The notes under the pieces: model-generated
Database searches by the model: none
What the model saw: only the letters and a program-made list of their open reading frames with translations
Told to the model about the DNA's origin: nothing
NCBI GenBank assembly: GCA_002633005.1
Contig: NMRA01000206.1
Span: 207,250-271,249 of the forward strand
Origin: Phoronis australis
Lineage: Eukaryota > Animalia > Phoronida
Direction of reading: 5' to 3'
Length of the DNA stretch: 64,000 nt
Shown here: one piece after another, positions 60,976 to 64,000 of the stretch
Layout of the letters: each line of letters begins with the position of its first letter
How positions within the stretch are numbered: the first letter of the stretch is position 1
Made by a program: the position numbers and the translations under genes

Positions 60976-61392
60976 CATAGCTGCAAACTGGTTGTTGTTC
61001 TTCAAAAAGCCAGTGGTCCATTATTAATGAAGTTTTAATTAATGAAGTTTTAAGACAGTATAATTTTCAGCATTTTATGTGGCACATTTTAGTGATACAT
61101 AGCAAATGTATTTTATTACAGGTTTTCAGTTTTGTTACCTATAAAGATTGTGTGATTACTGATGAAAGAAAACAATAAGAATGACTTGATAACACAAAAG
61201 TTATGTAGAATCGGTTCTATTGCGTTAAGAAACGAGAGTTCCAAGCATACCTGCATGTGAAGAGACCGAACATCAATTGCCACCTAAACCTATTCCTCTG
61301 CACATGGCTCAGTACTCCAATCATGTTGTCTCTGTTGCTTGAGTATTGTTATTGTTGGTGAACTGGTGATGCACATTACGGTGAACCTTTAA

Positions 61393-62226
61393 AGAGGTCG
61401 ATTCACAGCTATTTATTTGTAGTTAATATGTATTCACATGTGCTGACTGTTAATAAAGACTGCTTATAAACCACATTTCTTTTTATTTCACACCCCATAT
61501 TCTTCTATTATTCGTTTAAAACACGCTCCCACTTCCCCACAAAATTTCGAGAACAGAAAATTTTCAACTTCGGCTATCTTCGGAAACACGTCACGTCCGG
61601 AAGCGGACCTGATCACTGCCGAGTCTGTCCATAGGTTTGTACTGGGACTGTTAGGCACAAATGGAAGCTTTCTGTTTGTTAGAATGGATTTATTATGTAA
61701 CTTTTGCCAATTAATTCTCTGAAATGTGACACATATGCACATGGTCATGTGCGTTGCCATAAACATTTCACAGTAGTTAGCAATGAGTCCTCAATAAAGT
61801 GTTTGAGTACAGCCGCACGTCTTTCGCACTGTCTGTCTACGCACGACGTATCACTGATGTTGTGTGCCAATTGCAATACTTATTTCGACATTAAACACAT
61901 CTTTATACTTCAACTCGATTAAAAATTTGAAGAACAATGCCGGACTGTTGTGTTATTGGAGGCTGTGACAATGTGTCAGGGTCTGGGCCTGGGGTGTCAT
62001 TACATAGGTTTCTCACTAACCCCAGACTGCGTCGCAACTGGAAGACTTCGTGAGGTCCACGAGAAAATTTAGTGGAGCGTCGCCGTATTCGGTGATATGG
62101 AGTAAACATTTTTCTGCAGACTGTTTCGAGATCGACAGCCTGCAATCGCAGTATGGTTGGAAACCAAGGTAAGTGAAATTTTAAGTAATATTCAAAACTG
62201 TACATGCTGTCGCTTTGCGGAAGCTN
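61393..62226 (+). mobile_element. Kolobok-like DNA transposon left part carrying the THAP exon (cut by the N join)
   Basis: TTAA followed by an AG terminus at 61389-61394 upstream of the THAP exon; superfamily is inferred. Confidence 0.4.
61937..62168 (+). pseudogene. THAP-domain exon, disrupted (1-bp frameshift near 62041; C>W and P>L at conserved sites), probably transposon-borne
   Basis: MPDCCVIGGCDN...VSLHRFLTNPRLRRNW / EDFVRSTRKFSGASPYSVIWSKHFSADCF then AAG|GTAAGT; matches the THAP C2CH layout. Confidence 0.8.
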
Positions 62227-63106
62227 TCGTTTGTTTTGATCGCGCAGATTTTAAGAAAATAAAAAAGAAAAGAAAAAATATGTACAGGCAGCAGATCGAC
62301 CCCATACTTACGAAAAGTTCTAATTAAGTGTCAGAGAGTATGTTTCAATGGTTTTTATGCAGATTCACGATGTTTTTAAAACGTCTACAAACGGATCATA
62401 TGACTTTAAGCGGAGCGATTACGCGTTGTTTCCACATTATTCTTGGTGATTGAGACCATAAAAGATCAATTAAAAGATAATTATTGACCAGCATATGCTT
62501 TTATCCAATGATGATGCTGTCTTTTAATTGTACTTAAGTAAATATTTGGTATCAATGACAATCATGTATATTTTTACTTGTTCTGAAAAATCACATCCCC
62601 GAACCTACTCGCTACTGAGCCATCAAAATCAGTACATCTAAGTGAATAATGTATTCTCTGTTCAAATATATACTGCTTTAAAAACTAATTTCTTAATAAG
62701 TATTCCAAAATCAGATTTCTTCTGTTTTATTAAAACAAACATATCCCTGCAAAATCTGTACTTATGTTAAACTTGACATTGGAAGTTTTGTGGATTTGCA
62801 CTGCTTACTTACGAGCTTTGTTTTGTGACTCAAAACTTGCGCAAAAAGTAAAGTACATAGTAATCAAAATATCAAACCTGTACGACTGAATTGCGCATCC
62901 GACCTGTACCCAAAATACAGAATTTTCCACTGGAAACCGAGTGGAAATATACCCAACCGAGCCGGTGTAGCATTAAATAATCACCCCATGAAAAATGACT
63001 CCGGCTGGTTTTTTCACAGGGTCTAAATTTAATGTGAAGAATTTTTAGCCCATGAAAAAATGACCGCACATTCGTGAAAACCTGTCCCGTCATTATTCAA
63101 CGGTTC

Positions 63107-63464
63107 CAGGGGAGTAACCAGAATTTTGATTCGGGGGGGCCAAGGCAGATCATATGCGCGCACCCAGCCCAGTAATTGAGGGTTGCTCAAATTTCGCGGT
63201 AATGTAGACCTTGTACTGGAACAAGAAGACGAGTACTAAAAAAGCTGGGTACTAGGTTCAACCCCTGAGCATTGTGCATTCCCGACGAATTCCTGTGGAC
63301 TTTTGTCTCGTTTCCTCAGACTTTTTGTTTCTTTAAGAAGTCCCCCGAGCCCCCCTCTCTAGGCGCGCGCGTGTATTAGCCAGGATTTTGCCCGTAGGAC
63401 TTTCGCACCCCCGAACTGCCAAATGGAATCTGGGAGAATTTTAAGGGGGGGGGTCTTGGCCCAC
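63107..63464. mobile_element. MITE family B copy, degenerate and interrupted by about 200 bp
   Basis: CAGGGG...CCAGAATTTT start; GTATTAGCCAGGATTTTGC...TTCGCACCCCC...TGCCAAATGG-ATCTGGGAGA core shared with 53830. Confidence 0.7.
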
Positions 63465-64000
63465 ACAGGGGATTGGGATAAGCAGACGCGATACCCCGGC
63501 GCAATTGGCGATCTTTCAACAATGTTCGGTAGGCGGATGTTTAGGTCTAGGGGTCACCTCAGTAACGCGCGGCAAGGGAAATCTTACTTTTTGTATATAT
63601 GCCGCAGTTAGAGAGTGAAAGTACTGGACGGCGTGCGGACCAGGAATATGATATGGGGAAGCTGGGCTGAAGCGAAAACAATCACAATTTTTCGAACAGT
63701 CCTTCGTTCAGTTGTCCAGCTTGGCAAATGGCCATTTTTATATTGCTCGTGCCAGGATATAATATCTGACTACTGAACAGCAAGAAGACCGATCCAAAAT
63801 ACTTGGCCACATGTTGAGAATCTTCCTATCGCAGCCAAGTTTTCTTACTATAAAAGTCAAATTTGGAACCGTGAGTGAGGCCGAGCGTGCGTGAGAGAAG
63901 AATTTATTTTAAATTTCTCGGCGGCTAAGGGACGCGCAGTACGTATGCCAGATTAAGAGCAGGGGTGGATAGGAACGGTTCGAAATAATGTGTGAGAGTG

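Noticed and set aside
62036-62075. Hammerhead-like hairpin followed by GAAAATTT
   Set aside because: Lies within the THAP coding relic and lacks the CTGANGA core

Overview
Animal genomic DNA (AT-rich, about 38-40% GC by eye, spliceosomal introns, dense decayed DNA transposons; probably a marine invertebrate, taxon not determinable here), with four single-N scaffold joins (7072, 14773, 51946, 62226). Two complete intron-containing genes were reconstructed by hand and lie tail-to-tail. The first is an SLC46-family (PCFT/SLC46A3-like) MFS transporter on + (4 coding exons, 22578-30333, 497 aa). The second is a CYP4-clan (CYP4V-like) cytochrome P450 on - (12 coding exons, 52210/51825 to 35692, 509 aa, one GC-AG intron); its exon 1 appears twice across an N join, most likely an assembly/haplotype artefact. 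Spliced models missing from the ORF track are a 3-exon 123-aa basic orphan gene (15820-18382, +), a possible 2-exon micro-gene (32340-31351, -) and a CpG-poor spliced locus with a candidate transmembrane micropeptide (57012-58755, +). Mobile-element relics include a Penelope-like GIY-YIG endonuclease followed by a variant hammerhead ribozyme, an L2/Crack-type LINE 3' fragment, a frameshifted THAP domain in a Kolobok-like element, and several MITE families (10-bp TSD, 5-bp TSD, foldback). The most striking window-wide signal is a large excess of TACATGTA, TAGGCCTA, TACAGTGTA and TACAGTA words. Paralogous repeat copies show these words replacing a plain TA, as expected for transposon excision footprints. 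No prokaryotic system or CRISPR array is present.
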